A stretch of 60,696 bases of DNA, the filler included, from Sphacelaria rigidula (Eukaryota): NCBI GenBank assembly GCA_964200075.2. It is 10 parts of 10 records of this genome, joined end to end, with 100 filler letters (N's around TTAATTAATTAA, not from the genome) between each part and the next. Parts side by side here need not be neighbours in the genome. Positions count along the whole stretch, not along the records: positions 24,321 to 30,300 come from CAXNAA020023042.1; positions 30,401 to 36,380 come from CAXNAA020023043.1; positions 36,481 to 42,459 come from CAXNAA020023044.1; 7 more parts are not named here. One strand, written 5' to 3'. Under the pieces are notes generated by a model. The model searched no databases. It was not told the origin of the DNA and saw only the letters and a program-made list of their open reading frames with translations. Below are positions 24,501 to 36,640 of this stretch, piece after piece. How positions within the stretch are numbered: position 1 is the stretch's first letter; every line of letters starts with the position of its first letter. A program made the position numbers and the translations under genes.

Positions 24501-25742
24501 GTGGTGCATTCTGTTATTTGTATGGGGACTACAGACGCCCCGGGGAAGACGTTGTTACATACGAATGGCGATGCCGCGAGGGGCATCGTTCGAACGTACT
24601 CACCTCACCCTACTGCGTCAGGCCCCTGTTCCCCGTCCCCGCCCAGCCTCCCCGAGGGACAATATCAACACATGCCCTCCCCGAAAAATCTCAGCAGGAG
24701 GGGGGTGTTATCCGATGCATGGGTCATTGCGGCCGAACACCAACTTGTCTCAACAACTGACCAGTAGCGGTACAAAAACGCCCATAATCTATCCTAAGCA
24801 GTGAGACCTTTCGTTTTTCTTCACGAGACTGCTGACACCCGGCGAAGATATCGTTCCATCTCCTCCCTTGGTACGCGTTGGGATCAAAATCTACCGTCAG
24901 TGCCTGGTAAATACAAATGGCGATGCCCCTGAGCATGCGAGTGTTCACCAGAACGTGTACGTCCTACTTGCTGATTGGAGATGACCTTCCCCCCCTTCCC
25001 CGACCATGACGAGAGCATATCTCCTCCGCAAACACCCTTGCCTTGGAATCGCTCAATTTCAGCGGTGACGCGAAGCGTCAAAAACCTTGTAGCAGTTACA
25101 TAATTCATGTTCCCTGAGAATTCAGCAGGAAAATTCCCTGGGCGACTGACAGGCCAGTATTTTCATCTCGCGAGCCCTGGTAGGCCACTATTTCCTCTTC
25201 TCTTGATTCCAGATTGTATTCTGTTCCTTACTTGGGTTAGAGAGTACATGTGCTTTCCGCGCTGTGTCCTGCATGGCACTGCGACGCATTCCGTTCGATG
25301 CGTTGTGCCCGTCCTGTGTTTGTTTGTCTATGTTTTTCTGGCAACTACACGTGGTACACCTATACAGTCTTTTCCGCCGGTGGCCTGCGGTGGAGGTATT
25401 GCTGTGCAGTATTGGCCATGTACAAATATTTGTCTTGATGTCGACGTTGTGTAATCCGTGTGGTCCATTGCAACTACGTATAGCGGTACAGTATATACTT
25501 CACATTCTGGATAATGATGATATATTACATCGTCATGAAGTGCACTGCGTACAGCATGGAAATCTTTTGTCTGTTGCAACAGGTGCAACAGTCGATACTG
25601 TACGCAGTTTTTTTTACGTAAAATCGTCTTTTGTCCAGGGTGTGGTACACCTGGTTTTACATGTATGGTACTTGAAGTATCCACATTGTGGGGAGGACAT
25701 CATGTATACTTTGAGACCGTGGCACGTTCAAAGTGCACTTTA

Positions 25743-26048
25743 ACTGATTGATCGATTGATTGTCGCACTTTAACTGACCCCCCAGGGATCCAGCCGTGGT
25801 CACGTGATAGACTTACCCCAAGACAAAACAAAAGTGAAACACTCGCTGAAGAAAAAGGAGAAAAATAAGAAGTAGAACAAAACATAGTAGACTGAAACGT
25901 AGAAAAAGAAGGAGAAAAGAAGAGAAGATAAATAAATTGCCGGTCTCTGTGCGCATGGCCTGAAAACCCCGTGAAGGTGGTGGGAAAGGAATTCCATGGC
26001 GCGGATTCTCGCCTTGAACTGGAAGATACTACACCACCAAGGGTCCTT
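25743..26048 (-). mobile_element. SINE family B, about 300 bp
   Basis: Head with A-box-like TGGTGGTGTAGT, T-rich body, 3' end CCACGGCTGGATCCCTGGGGGTCAGTTAAAGTGCGAC plus (AATC)n tail. The 3' end is shared with 6165-6256. Confidence 0.6.
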
Positions 26049-26439
26049 TGGGTCAAATACGAAAAAATAACTTGTGGTAACTCAGCTATTGTAAATATCT
26101 TTGCATGTTTTCAGTACCAAACTGGTCGGGAAGTCGACCGGAGCTGACTGCACTATCTGTACCGTTCCCGTACATGGAAAGGTAACTACTGTACCTGTGT
26201 GGCGCTTCATGTGGCCTGTACTCGTAGTGCAAATTTTCATGTGTCCAGTAGGGTTTTATGTTAACGTCTTCATTTCAATGTGGACAGATACTCGCATTAC
26301 TCGCATTACAAGAGGAAAAACAAAATGGCAAGTTTGTTCCAGTCGGTATAAGGACAATAGGCGCGTGCATTGTACGTACACGGTTGCCGCTGCTGCTCTC
26401 TTGTGCCCAAAATCAACGCAAATTATCATGGTTGCTCAT

Positions 26440-26448
26440 GCGCGCGCG

Positions 26449-26525
<77 letters not shown>
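26440..26525. repeat. (GC)9(AC)n alternating purine-pyrimidine microsatellite
   Basis: Directly visible. Confidence 0.95.
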
Positions 26526-26526
<1 letters not shown>

Positions 26527-26641
26527 ATACGATAGGCACATGAGATATTCCCCCAACTTCGTCTGCCTCGCGAGTGGCCACATTTGGAAGGAGGTTTTAC
26601 TTTTGCTCGTCGTATTCCCCCCCCACTGTATCCTGTACAAG

Positions 26642-26763
26642 GGCGCTGAGTTGGGGATGCACGCGGGTGCCGTTGCGGATGTGGGATCGGCGGCGGCGGC
26701 CACTGTGTCTCCCGTGGGAGAGCTGACCATGTGGCCTCATCACCTGTTGATGCAACTGCTCGA
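26642..26763 (+). CDS. OXA1: Oxa1/Cox18/YidC-family mitochondrial inner-membrane insertase, internal exon
   Basis: AAG|GGC acceptor (5' boundary less certain) and CGA|GTAAGT donor. Encodes GAELGMHAGAVADVGSAAAATVSPVGELTMWPHHLLMQLL. Its phase-2 end joins the 29646 exon in frame. Confidence 0.75.
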
Positions 26764-26956
26764 GTAAGTGTTTTTCTCCGTGGTGGTGGCGTATGCCATG
26801 GTTGTTCGAAAGTCCATGCGGGTGGGCGTTTTTCTTTCTTCTCTATTATTATTTTTAACTACGACGGTCTTGTGTGCTGATGTTTTATTCATTTTCTCTT
26901 GAATTTTTTTGTTATTGATTCTCTTTCGTTGTTCTTTGTTTCTTTGTTGGTGCTAC

Positions 26957-28919
26957 CAGGGGTGCACAAAAAAGAATTCCCGCACACCTACGTGTCCATT
27001 CATTTTCTATTTTGAACCTCTCAGGGGGGGGAGTAGGGTACGAGGCCACCATCACCGCCCCAAACACCATACAAAGTCCCAAAAACCGATACCGTACTGA
27101 ATCTTATACAAAATGAGGCGGCGTCGGAGGTAGGGTACCCTAAGGTACCCCCCCCCCCCCCCCCCCCCCCCACCCCCGATGTGTGTGTGGGTGGGGGGGG
27201 GCAACATACGATCCCCGTACCCCCCTGATCGTAGGTGTAGAAATACATTTGTTTTTAAGTATAAGAATAAAAATACGAGGAAGGAAAAATTGAAATTACA
27301 CAAGATAAATACACAAAAACAACTGTTCTACAAAGAATAGCAAATGCACAATAATAAATTGTATAAAAAAATAAGCATCACTTCGGTATGATTTTTTGAG
27401 GCCAGCGACCTCTACTACGGTACCCGGCCATCACGGCCATGCACGTTAAAATTCGGATGGTAACTGATCACCCTAGTACTCATCGGTGAAGGAAACAGTC
27501 ACTTTGAGGAGGTTATCTTTGATCATGAATCCTCTGTATCCCATACTGTATTTTTCGAAACACGCTACAGACTACCACCGTTAAGAGTCTCCTCGAAAAT
27601 GAGGTTGAACATCCAAGTGAGGTTCACCTCCAAAACTGCTTTCGCTGACCGAAAGTTGTGACAAATGACTTTGACATGGAAGACCTCATACCCCCCGACC
27701 TCCGTGAATCTAGTTTTGAGAGAGATTCCCGCCTGCCGTTCCCTCCCAAGGCATGTGCGAAAATATCCTGTTGGATCGATTTCGAGGTGAAAACAGAGAG
27801 AGTTTTGAGCCCAATAATGGTGATTTCGCGCAAACCCTTTTGGTGGGGGGGGGGGCGTACTCATTTGTTGCTTGCCTTAGTCATTTGACCATTGACCACG
27901 CATCCCTTTCGAGACGGAGCACCGAACCCTTTTGGTGGGGAACGAAAACACGGGAACCTCCCAAACATGGATTTCACGGAGGTCGGCGATCATGAGGTCG
28001 TCCATGTCAAAGTCATTTGTCACGACTTTCGGTTGAGGAAAGCACTGTTTTGGAATTTAACTTCATTTTCGAGGACACTCTCTTCGTTTTTGGCTCATCA
28101 TGAGTCCCTTCCGCTTTTACCGATTTGCGAAATCTTGGGTCACTTCTTGTGTGTCGAGAAAAAAGAATCTTGTTAAAAACTGCCATTTTGGCCCATCTCC
28201 GTCGTGTTTTGCCCGAAAGGAGGGTTTGTCGGATGTTGACACCTTGGAATGACTTGCTCCATTCGTTGAGACCGTTCCAGAGCACCTTTGCGTTTTCCAT
28301 ACAACCAGTCTTGCATTTTCAATAACAAACGGTCGAGTTATCAAAAATGAGCGAAGAAACTGACAGTTTTTTATAACTTGACCGTTTGTTATTGAAAGTG
28401 CAAGCTTGGCCAAAAACAAAACTGTGATCGTACGGAAAACGCAAAAGTGCTCTGGACCAGTGTCAACGAGTAGAACTAGTTATTCCAAGGTGTTAACATC
28501 CGCCTAACCCTATTCTCGGGCGAAAAACGTCGGAGATGTGCCTAAAAGGCAGTTTTCAACGAGTTTTTTTTTTTCTACAGAAGAAGTTACCTTATATCTA
28601 AGTTGTGGTTGTTGTTTTTTGTAACTTTTGTCCAAGGTTAACGCAGGGAATGGTCTTTTTAATAGTTGGGAATCGTTTTCATCAACCACGGCCGTCGAAT
28701 GAAGCCAAGCCAACTCACAGCAGCGTGCAGATATTTCCATCAAGTAGGTATCTATTTAATAGTACGTGTCTGAGGGATAATGTGCATCATTGCACAAACG
28801 GTTTGAGAGGGGAAAGGCAAAAGGAAGAAAATGTAAACTGAAGAAGGAAAAATATTATTTTCGGCCCTCCGGGGGGGGGGAAGAGGGGGTGTGCGGGATA
28901 TTTTCTTCGTACACCCCTG
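26957..28919. mobile_element. Non-autonomous TIR DNA transposon (P- or hAT-like), 1963 bp, within the OXA1 intron
   Basis: 32-bp TIRs CAGGGGTGCACAAAAAAGAATTCCCGCACACC and CAGGGGTGTACGAAGAAAATATCCCGCACACC (26/32). Flanking 7-mers GTGCTAC and GTGCTTC. No transposase ORF. Confidence 0.8.
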
Positions 28920-29645
28920 GTGCTTCTCAAGATTTCTCTCGCGAGCGTTTCCGTTTTCATTTGACCGTGCGTCCTTGACGTGTATCCTGTGATCTCGACT
29001 GGATTTGTATCGTTGCGGAGCAAAGAACACGAGGAATTCAATTCGGCCATCAACCGACCATCGGGGAGCCGTTGCGCCACGTAGACCATGCATCTCATGG
29101 GAATGAGGTCATTGAAATAGCTTTCTTGACCCATTGTTTGTTGTTTTTTCCGCGATTGGTGCGACCACCTCGTGGGCCGTTTCGATCACCTTTCCTCATG
29201 TTCAAATGAGCCAGCCGCCCGAGCGAGATTCTAAATTTCCGATATGTAGGCGAGCGTATATCCCCCCACCTTTGCATGATTTGTACGATTTTGTGGAGTC
29301 GGCATGCTGAGGAACTCAGCATGCATGGTGGTTGAATACCACTGACACTACTGTACAGGATACCGCCAAGATTTAGCAGGCGAAGCCTGCTGGCCCACGT
29401 CGGGCATTGCTCGGGAAGAGCTCTGGTGCGTGCATTTGAACTTGCGAAAGGTTGCACCAGCCGGGCTTCATTAACCCGAGGACCGCCCATTTATATATGC
29501 CCATCTGTCGATTCTACATCATGTTTACCTGAAAAATGGTGGTCAGACTCGGGGGTCCGTGAGCCGTCTGCCCTAGGTGTTGAGCGTTGAACATGTTGAA
29601 CTCCGTCGCATCCTCTCTGTTTTGTAATTGACTAAAAAAATACAG

Positions 29646-29742
29646 GTACGTTCACGTGACTGCTGGAATACCGTACTGGCAGGCGATCATTGCCACCACC
29701 GTAGCGGCGAGGTTCGCCGTGATGCCCTTGGTCATATCTTCG
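29646..29742 (+). CDS. OXA1: Oxa1/Cox18/YidC-family insertase, exon encoding EH1 helix end and TM1
   Basis: TACAG|G acceptor and TCG|GTGAGC donor. The spliced product ..LLMQLLEYVHVTAGIPYWQAIIATTVAARFAVMPLVISS fits the Oxa1 signature (LExxH..GlPWWxaI...Tv..R....PL). OXA1 versus COX18 cannot be fully settled. Confidence 0.85.
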
Positions 29743-32700
29743 GTGAGCACTTTGGGCTTCTTTCTTTTTTTACGGTGCAAAGCACCTGTATCGTGTAGAG
29801 AGGACAGACATCACCACAATTCCTCTCCCGAAACCTTTTGGGACCGAGCCCCCACTAACACAGGGTTGACGTTGATGAAATAATAAAAAATTGAGTCTTC
29901 GAGCCATCTGCCCAATCACGGCGAGGCGAATTTGATCAAACAGACCCGAACGACCAGCGCGGGGATTGTTGGCGAGTGTGATGCCACTGCAAAGATCGTG
30001 TGGGGGCCCTATCCCTGGCCCAGATAAGCGCTCCCAGGTTTCCAAAGTCACGGCGGTCGGAACTTGGTTTTATCGTATTGCTTGCACTCAGTATAGCGTT
30101 CCCGTTTTTTTTTCGGAGTTTTTTTGGGTCACAATTCCGTACTGAAACGTAGTAATTACACCAACACAGGGTGGAGCGGGAAAACCCGGAAGGAGTGTAC
30201 ATGCCACAATGTGGTCGTTTTCACGAGGCACTAAACCCAGGTGGGCTGTGGAAAGACAAACGGAGCTACCGTAATGAATTCTGCGTATCCCTCTGCCGAT
30301 NNNNNNNNNNNNNNNNNNNNNNNNNNNNNNNNNNNNNNNNNNNNTTAATTAATTAANNNNNNNNNNNNNNNNNNNNNNNNNNNNNNNNNNNNNNNNNNNN
30401 GATTGAACCCCCACGACTAACTTTTGTGACGGTTCAAGAGACAACCAACTAGACTACTGACAAGTCAGCGCTGACGTCACAGGCCCCAGTAATGACCCTG
30501 GGTGCAGTACCGTTTCATGTGGATCCTTGATGGTAGATATGCTTGAAGTCAAGAAAGATGACAGAGAGGTGTGCAATCTGATGCTTGAGGGACTGTCGCA
30601 CGAGTACAAGACTTTACGTGAAACCTTTGTGGTGTTCTGTCCAAATGACCCATCGTTCATAAAGAGAAGGGCCACTTGAGGAAGGGCTGCCTGGCTCGCG
30701 TGATCGCTCATCCTACCCAAGCGGGGGAATCGGAGGACGACGAGGATGAGAACGGTGAGAGATCTAGTTTGGTGTTGCTCTCCCAAACCAGCTTGAATAA
30801 CTCGAGTGATCTGACGTGTCTGGTAGCTTTTTACGATGCCATGCTGCGTGAGTGCTTGTTCAGTGATGATGCTGTTCGTGAATTCTCTTCTCTTGTAAGG
30901 AAGGATATATGTGTCGAAGAGTGGCATGCAGACACGGGTACTGCTTTCCACATGACTGATTCTCTCTCTTGTATGAAGGATGTGAAGCCTTGCCACTAGA
31001 ACGTAAAATGGATTGGTGGCGTGACTTGTGAGGTAGCACTCTTTCGGACACTGAAGCCGGTGTTTGTGACTGCTAACAGCGAATTTTCAGTAGAGGTGTA
31101 GAACGTGCTGTGCTCTCCCAACTTAGGGTATAACCTCTTTTCCCCCAGCGCACAGTTTGATGGCAAATCATAGAATGGTCTTGGTGGTCCTGATGGTGTG
31201 ATGACTGCTCACGACGGACATGTTACTTTTCAGAACTTCGATGGCATGCTAATTACGACTGCGTATCGTCTGGGAGATGACTCTGTTGGTTTGGTGTTGG
31301 CTGCCCTCACTCCTTCAAACCCCAAGCATGAAAATATGATGGATGTGAACGAGTTTCATAACGTTTATGCTCATTTACACGAGGGATTACGTTGTACTAC
31401 TGTGAAACGACAAATTACTGAGTTGACCGGTGACATGCATGCTTGTACGGGATGTTTGATGTCGTAGGAAAGGAATCGCTCATGAAACTAAACGTAGATC
31501 GGATAAAAAGTTGGGCAGAGTTTTTGTTGATCTGGGAGAAAGGAAGGACGTTGCGTCCGTAGGAGGTAAACACGACCCCATGAATGTGAAGAATTATTTC
31601 ACAAGGCGTGCATGGATGTATTTCCTGAGAAGTAAATCAGACGCTGGGAGTGCTTTCCAAAGCTTTCTTGCCAGGGTGCGTGCTAATGGAATCCCATCAT
31701 TGGTTGAGATTGCTAGATATGACAATGGAGGGGAGGTTTTCGGGGGGGAATTTGCGTCCGTGTGAAATGAGCTTTTGATCAAACAAGAGTTCACTCCGGC
31801 GTACAATTCTCAATATAATGGTGTTGCAGAGCGTGGATTGGGATTGATTGAGGAGGCCGCTATCGCGGCTCGTATTCAGGCGAAAGTCCTGTTTGGGCAT
31901 GTGCAGCTATCCAAGAATGACAGACTCTGGGCTGTGCTAATGCACTGGGCCTGCGAGGCACTTAACCACACAGCGTGCTCTGCTAACCCTGACTCTAAGT
32001 CGCTGTATGAGATGTGGTATGGAGAACCTCGTCCTGCTAGACCGTATACGTTTTTGAAGCCGGCTTACTGCAGGTGGTCGCGACCGTCTAAGTTGCTACC
32101 GAAATAGTTGCTTTTATGTCGGTCCTTCGAGAGACCACCCGCGTGATTTTCATAGAGTACTTACGAGGGCTGGGAATATTCAGGAAACGAGAGATGTGAC
32201 GTGGGAGGCGTTGCCGTCACAGCCCCCTCCACCGCAAACTCCTCTGCCGATTGAGATCGCAGAGGAGGGAGGGGAGGAAAGTGACGACGATGTAGAAGCT
32301 GAAGTATGGCCGCTTGCAGGAAGGGGAATTCAACACATTCGTATTCGTGTGAATCGTGATGCAATGTTACCCTATGGTGCAGGAATCGATGAGGTTGGTA
32401 GGGTTGATGCAGGCCGTGTAGGCCAGTTCCCTTCTGTTCCATCTTCCCCCTCTGTACCGTCCTCGCCCGTGAACAACTCCTCTAGTATGACAGCTCCCTC
32501 TGTGTCTTCTCCAGCACTTGAGATAGACGGGGGGGGCAGGGAGGGCTGGAGACAGGGGGAGTAGAGACGCCGGATCCGGGAGGGGATGGTGAGGTAAAGT
32601 CGATTGGGCCGGGAGGGCGTTGTGACGGAGCAGGAAGTAGAGGCGGAGGCACCTCCTCCCGCTGCTCGTCGTCCGCGGCATATCGCTTGCTAATTTTAAT

Positions 32701-33225
32701 ACTGATGCGTGTGAGAATGATGACGTAAGAGAAGGTAAAACTCGTGCGCGAACTCGTCCAGAATCTTAATCAGAGCCTGATAGCTGTCAAGAAGCCCGGC
32801 AATCGAATCACGCAAAGATTTGGGATGGAGCCATGTCTGCAGAATTTGAAGGCTTGATAAGAGGAGGAACGTTCACGTTAGCAGTAAAGATCCCAGTAGG
32901 CTGTAATGTGATTGATGCTAGATAGGTTCTCAAATAGAAAGCAGACAAAATGCGGAAGATAGTGAAGGCCAAGGCTAGGCCTGTAGCGAAGGGCTTCAAG
33001 CAGAAGTATGGTGTGGACTATCTTGAAACTTTCTGAGAGGAGGATAGTGAAGACCAAGGCTAGGCTTGTAGCGAAGGGCTTCAAGCAGAAGTATGATGTG
33101 GACTATCTTGAAACTTTCTCGCCTACTGCAATTGCTGCATCGATGCGATTGCTAGTAGCGTTGGCGTGCAAGTACAACTTGGGATTACTCCACTGGGATA
33201 TGAGCAAGCGTTTGTTCAGTCGTAA

Positions 33226-34407
33226 TTGGATCACAAGGTGTTCATGAAGTTGCCTCCTGGCTGCGGTTCGATGTCAGGAAAGGTTGTTCGTTCGAACAAG
33301 AATTTGTACGAATTGAAACAGGCATCTATAACATTTTTCAAGAGGCTAGTGTCGGACCCGAAAAGGATTGGTTGCGAGCAGTCTCTGTCTGACCCCTGTG
33401 CCCTGCGTTTCATGATCGGAGACGAGGTGGTGGGTATGGTCGTGATTTACGTGGATGACATTCTGTATGCAGGAACTAAGAGTCTTGCCAAGGTGGTAGT
33501 GAAATCGCTAGGCGACTCTCTTCCAACGAAGAATTTGGGTGAGATCAAGTTCTTTCTTGGTTGCGCATTTATCCGCGACCGCAAGGCTGGCACGATTGAG
33601 ATTTCTCAAGAAAGTTACATCAGGAGTGTTCTCGAGAGATTTAATATTTGTCGCAACAGCTCGATCCCTCCTTCCCTTGCCGACGATAACAAGTCCTTGA
33701 TGGAGGATGAGGGGGCAGGAGATGTGCCGTTCCGAGAGGTGGTGGGGAGTCTGATGTGGATCACCAACCAGACAAGACCAGACATCTCGAATGCTGTGCG
33801 GGCGGTGGCGAGGCACTCTCACGAGCCAAAGAAGAGCCACTGGAAGGCAGCCCAGAAGATTCTGAATTATCCTCTGGAAACGGCACATCTAACTTTGAAG
33901 TGCAAGCAGGACAGTACGGTAGACGTAGGCACGTTGGTGTACGTAGATGCCGACTTTGCAAGCAAGGCCACTGACCGTAGATCAGTTTCGGGAGCGTTGG
34001 TTTTTGTGGGTGCCATGCTTGTAGTTTGGATTTCTAGGACGCAGAAATGCGTTTCACAGTCGACCTCTGAAGCAGAGTATCTTGCGATGGGTGATGATGT
34101 GAAGGAGGCTCTGTTTGTGAACGGAATGCTTCAGTTCTTGAGGCCTAGTGTGAAGCCTCGTAAGATTCAAGTACTCGAGGACAACGAGGGTGCGATTGTG
34201 CTTGCAAAGAATCCACCTAGCTCATGCAGGAGTAAGCACATTGACGTGAGGCACTACTTCCTTAGGAATTTGACCGAGGAGGATGTGATAGAGATCACGC
34301 ATGTTCCCAGCGAAGAACAGCATGCGGACATCCTCACGAAGTGTCTGCCGAGAGATCTTTTTGAAGTTCACCGTGACTTTGCCTTTGGCTTGAGAAATGA
34401 GAAGTAG
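33226..34407 (+). pseudogene. Copia B RT-RNase H
   Basis: 393-aa ORF with YVDD, TRPDIS, DADFA, EAEY, EDNEGA and SKHID motifs. Confidence 0.95.
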
Positions 34408-34478
34408 AAGTCTGAGTCGTAATTTGGTTTCGTAATATATGTATTTGGGCTGGTAGATACAACATCCTCAAGGGAGGG

Positions 34479-34779
34479 TGTTCGTGATAGCTGCTGTAGT
34501 ATCGTATATTTGAGAATTGCGAAGAACGTTCGCGGTCCTTTCTGTTGGTTATGTAGGAATACTCTTTGTGGATATTGCATTAGTCCGAGCATGATATTTG
34601 TGGTGCGGGGAACAACCCGACGTTTTTGTGGTACGTAAGGAAGTGCGTTGGTCCGAGTTTGATTGCTGGAACCATGTGGTTTCTAGAGTTTCTGGGATGT
34701 AGATGACAAGAGCTCGCCTACCTTGCTCACTCCACTTTCCCGGTCCGTCTCTGCGGGCCAAGGTCTCAATGATACAACA
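34479..34779 (+). repeat. Copia B 3' LTR (about 301 bp)
   Basis: Polypurine tract AAGGGAGGG immediately followed by TGTT. The candidate end AACA is inferred because no second LTR is available. Confidence 0.7.
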
Positions 34780-34861
34780 CTACATATTTTTCTCCAGAAG
34801 TCACGAGTTCACCAGCAGGATCATAGCCGGAGTTTTGTTCAAGGCCGTAGCGGTGGCGCTA

Positions 34862-35710
34862 CGAGCTGGGCCAGCCTAGAGGCTGCATGAAAGTTTGGCG
34901 GCGGATGCGCCGGCCAATATTTGGAGTTAGATCCTGAAATTTAAAATGGATAATGCATGGGGCATAATAAAAAAGCGGGAAGAAGCACCCGAAGTTTTCT
35001 TTTCTTTTCCCGTGAGTCAAGGACGTTTTGCTGAAACCTGAAAACTGATTGTTGCCCTTGACCAATGACAAAAAAAAACTTCGGGTGCTTATTCCCGATT
35101 TTCTATTATGCTCTGTGCATTGTCCATACCAAATTTCAGGGTCCAACTCTAAATATTGCCAGGCGCATTCGCCTTTTAAAAATAGGATAGGTAGAAATTC
35201 GGAATAGTATTTTGCAGGCCACTCACCGGCCCACGTTTGGTTTTCGTGTAGTGAAATTTTGTGTGGGCGCTCTCTAAGGCACATTTGACAAAAAAGTGGG
35301 CCAGGTTGATTTTTTTCATTTTTTTTCACTGGTTTAGGGCGTTCTACTATGGTAAAGATCATATTTCAAGAGTACGCCCTAACCTCGATGAAAAAAAACA
35401 AGTGGAATGCCCACTTATTGTTTCGGCATTCTTTTGTGGTTCTCCACACCAAAATTCGTCGCCATCCGCTAAATGCATCGATCGGAAGTTTCATAGAGAT
35501 TTTTAATATTGGCGCTGTCTCCCTTAGGTATAGAAATTATCAGACATGGGGTTCAATCAACATGAAAATATGGGCCCAAACTTCTGAGCAGATTGACATC
35601 TTCCCCTTGATTATATGATTTATACGATATGCGGATCACGGCCCAAGTCGTCTGTGTCGACGAGATATTGCTTTTAGAGCTTAAATCCGTTTTTAGGCTG
35701 GCCCAGCTCG
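34862..35710. mobile_element. Tc1/mariner-like non-autonomous element (849 bp)
   Basis: Perfect 17-bp TIRs CGAGCTGGGCCAGCCTA flanked by TA on both sides. Confidence 0.9.
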
Positions 35711-36229
35711 TATCAATAATATTTTTCCGAAATACGACTTTGCGCCCAGTGGTTTAGCCCTCTGAGCGCCACTAGGTTGATGGGGCTCTGTGGTTGGGGG
35801 GATTCATTTATCAAGTAGACATGAGGCAGATTTCACAGATGGAAACACCCAAGTCGATGCTTTGTCGGTTAGCCCGTTCGGTACCCGAAGTCTTTTTTCA
35901 GAACGATATCGTGGGATGACCCCAACACCCGGTGACCCCGACGTCATCGCCAAGCAGCTCTTTCCTGTTCTATGAGCACCACCCTCAGTAAAACGTATAG
36001 ATGAAAAGATATACCGTGCATTTACTAGTGACCAACTTTTTGCATGTGTATGTTGGTCAACCAAATCAGTTACTTTTTCGCATTTTTCCGGTGGTGATCC
36101 TCTAGGGCAGCGAAGAGCGTGAGGCTACACTGAATGCGAAAAAATTCCGTGAGTCCATTTGATATCTGAAGGCTACTGTGTTGCAGTAGTAAAGTTCCCT
36201 CCCAGAATTTACCTGTCAAAGAGTTTTAA

Positions 36230-36327
36230 CCCTTGGACGGCGAGATTAGTCTTCCTGTATCATGCATACTTTTTTTCACTTGAAATTGACGCCGATTTAA
36301 CAGAAGACTAACCTCGCGGTCTAAGGG
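36230..36327. mobile_element. piggyBac-like MITE (98 bp)
   Basis: TTAA|CCCTTGGACGGCGAGATTAGTCTTC ... GAAGACTAACCTCGCGGTCTAAGGG|TTGA. 25-bp TIR, 22/25 identical. Confidence 0.8.
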
Positions 36328-36480
36328 TTGAGATCCTTCCCCCCCCCCCCCCCCCCGCTCGCGCGAGCACCCTCTCCAAGNNNNNNNNNNNNNNNNNNNN
36401 NNNNNNNNNNNNNNNNNNNNNNNNTTAATTAATTAANNNNNNNNNNNNNNNNNNNNNNNNNNNNNNNNNNNNNNNNNNNN

Positions 36481-36640
<160 letters not shown>

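Larger units (their letters stand above)
30401..34779 (+). mobile_element. Decayed Ty1/Copia retrotransposon B with 3' LTR
   Basis: Protease WHADTGTAFHMT, HNVYAH..CTGC, integrase RVFVDL / YDNGGE / YNGVAER, RT KARLVAKG / YVDD, RNase H YVDADFA..RSKHIDVRH..QHADILTK. Many stops. Confidence 0.95.
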
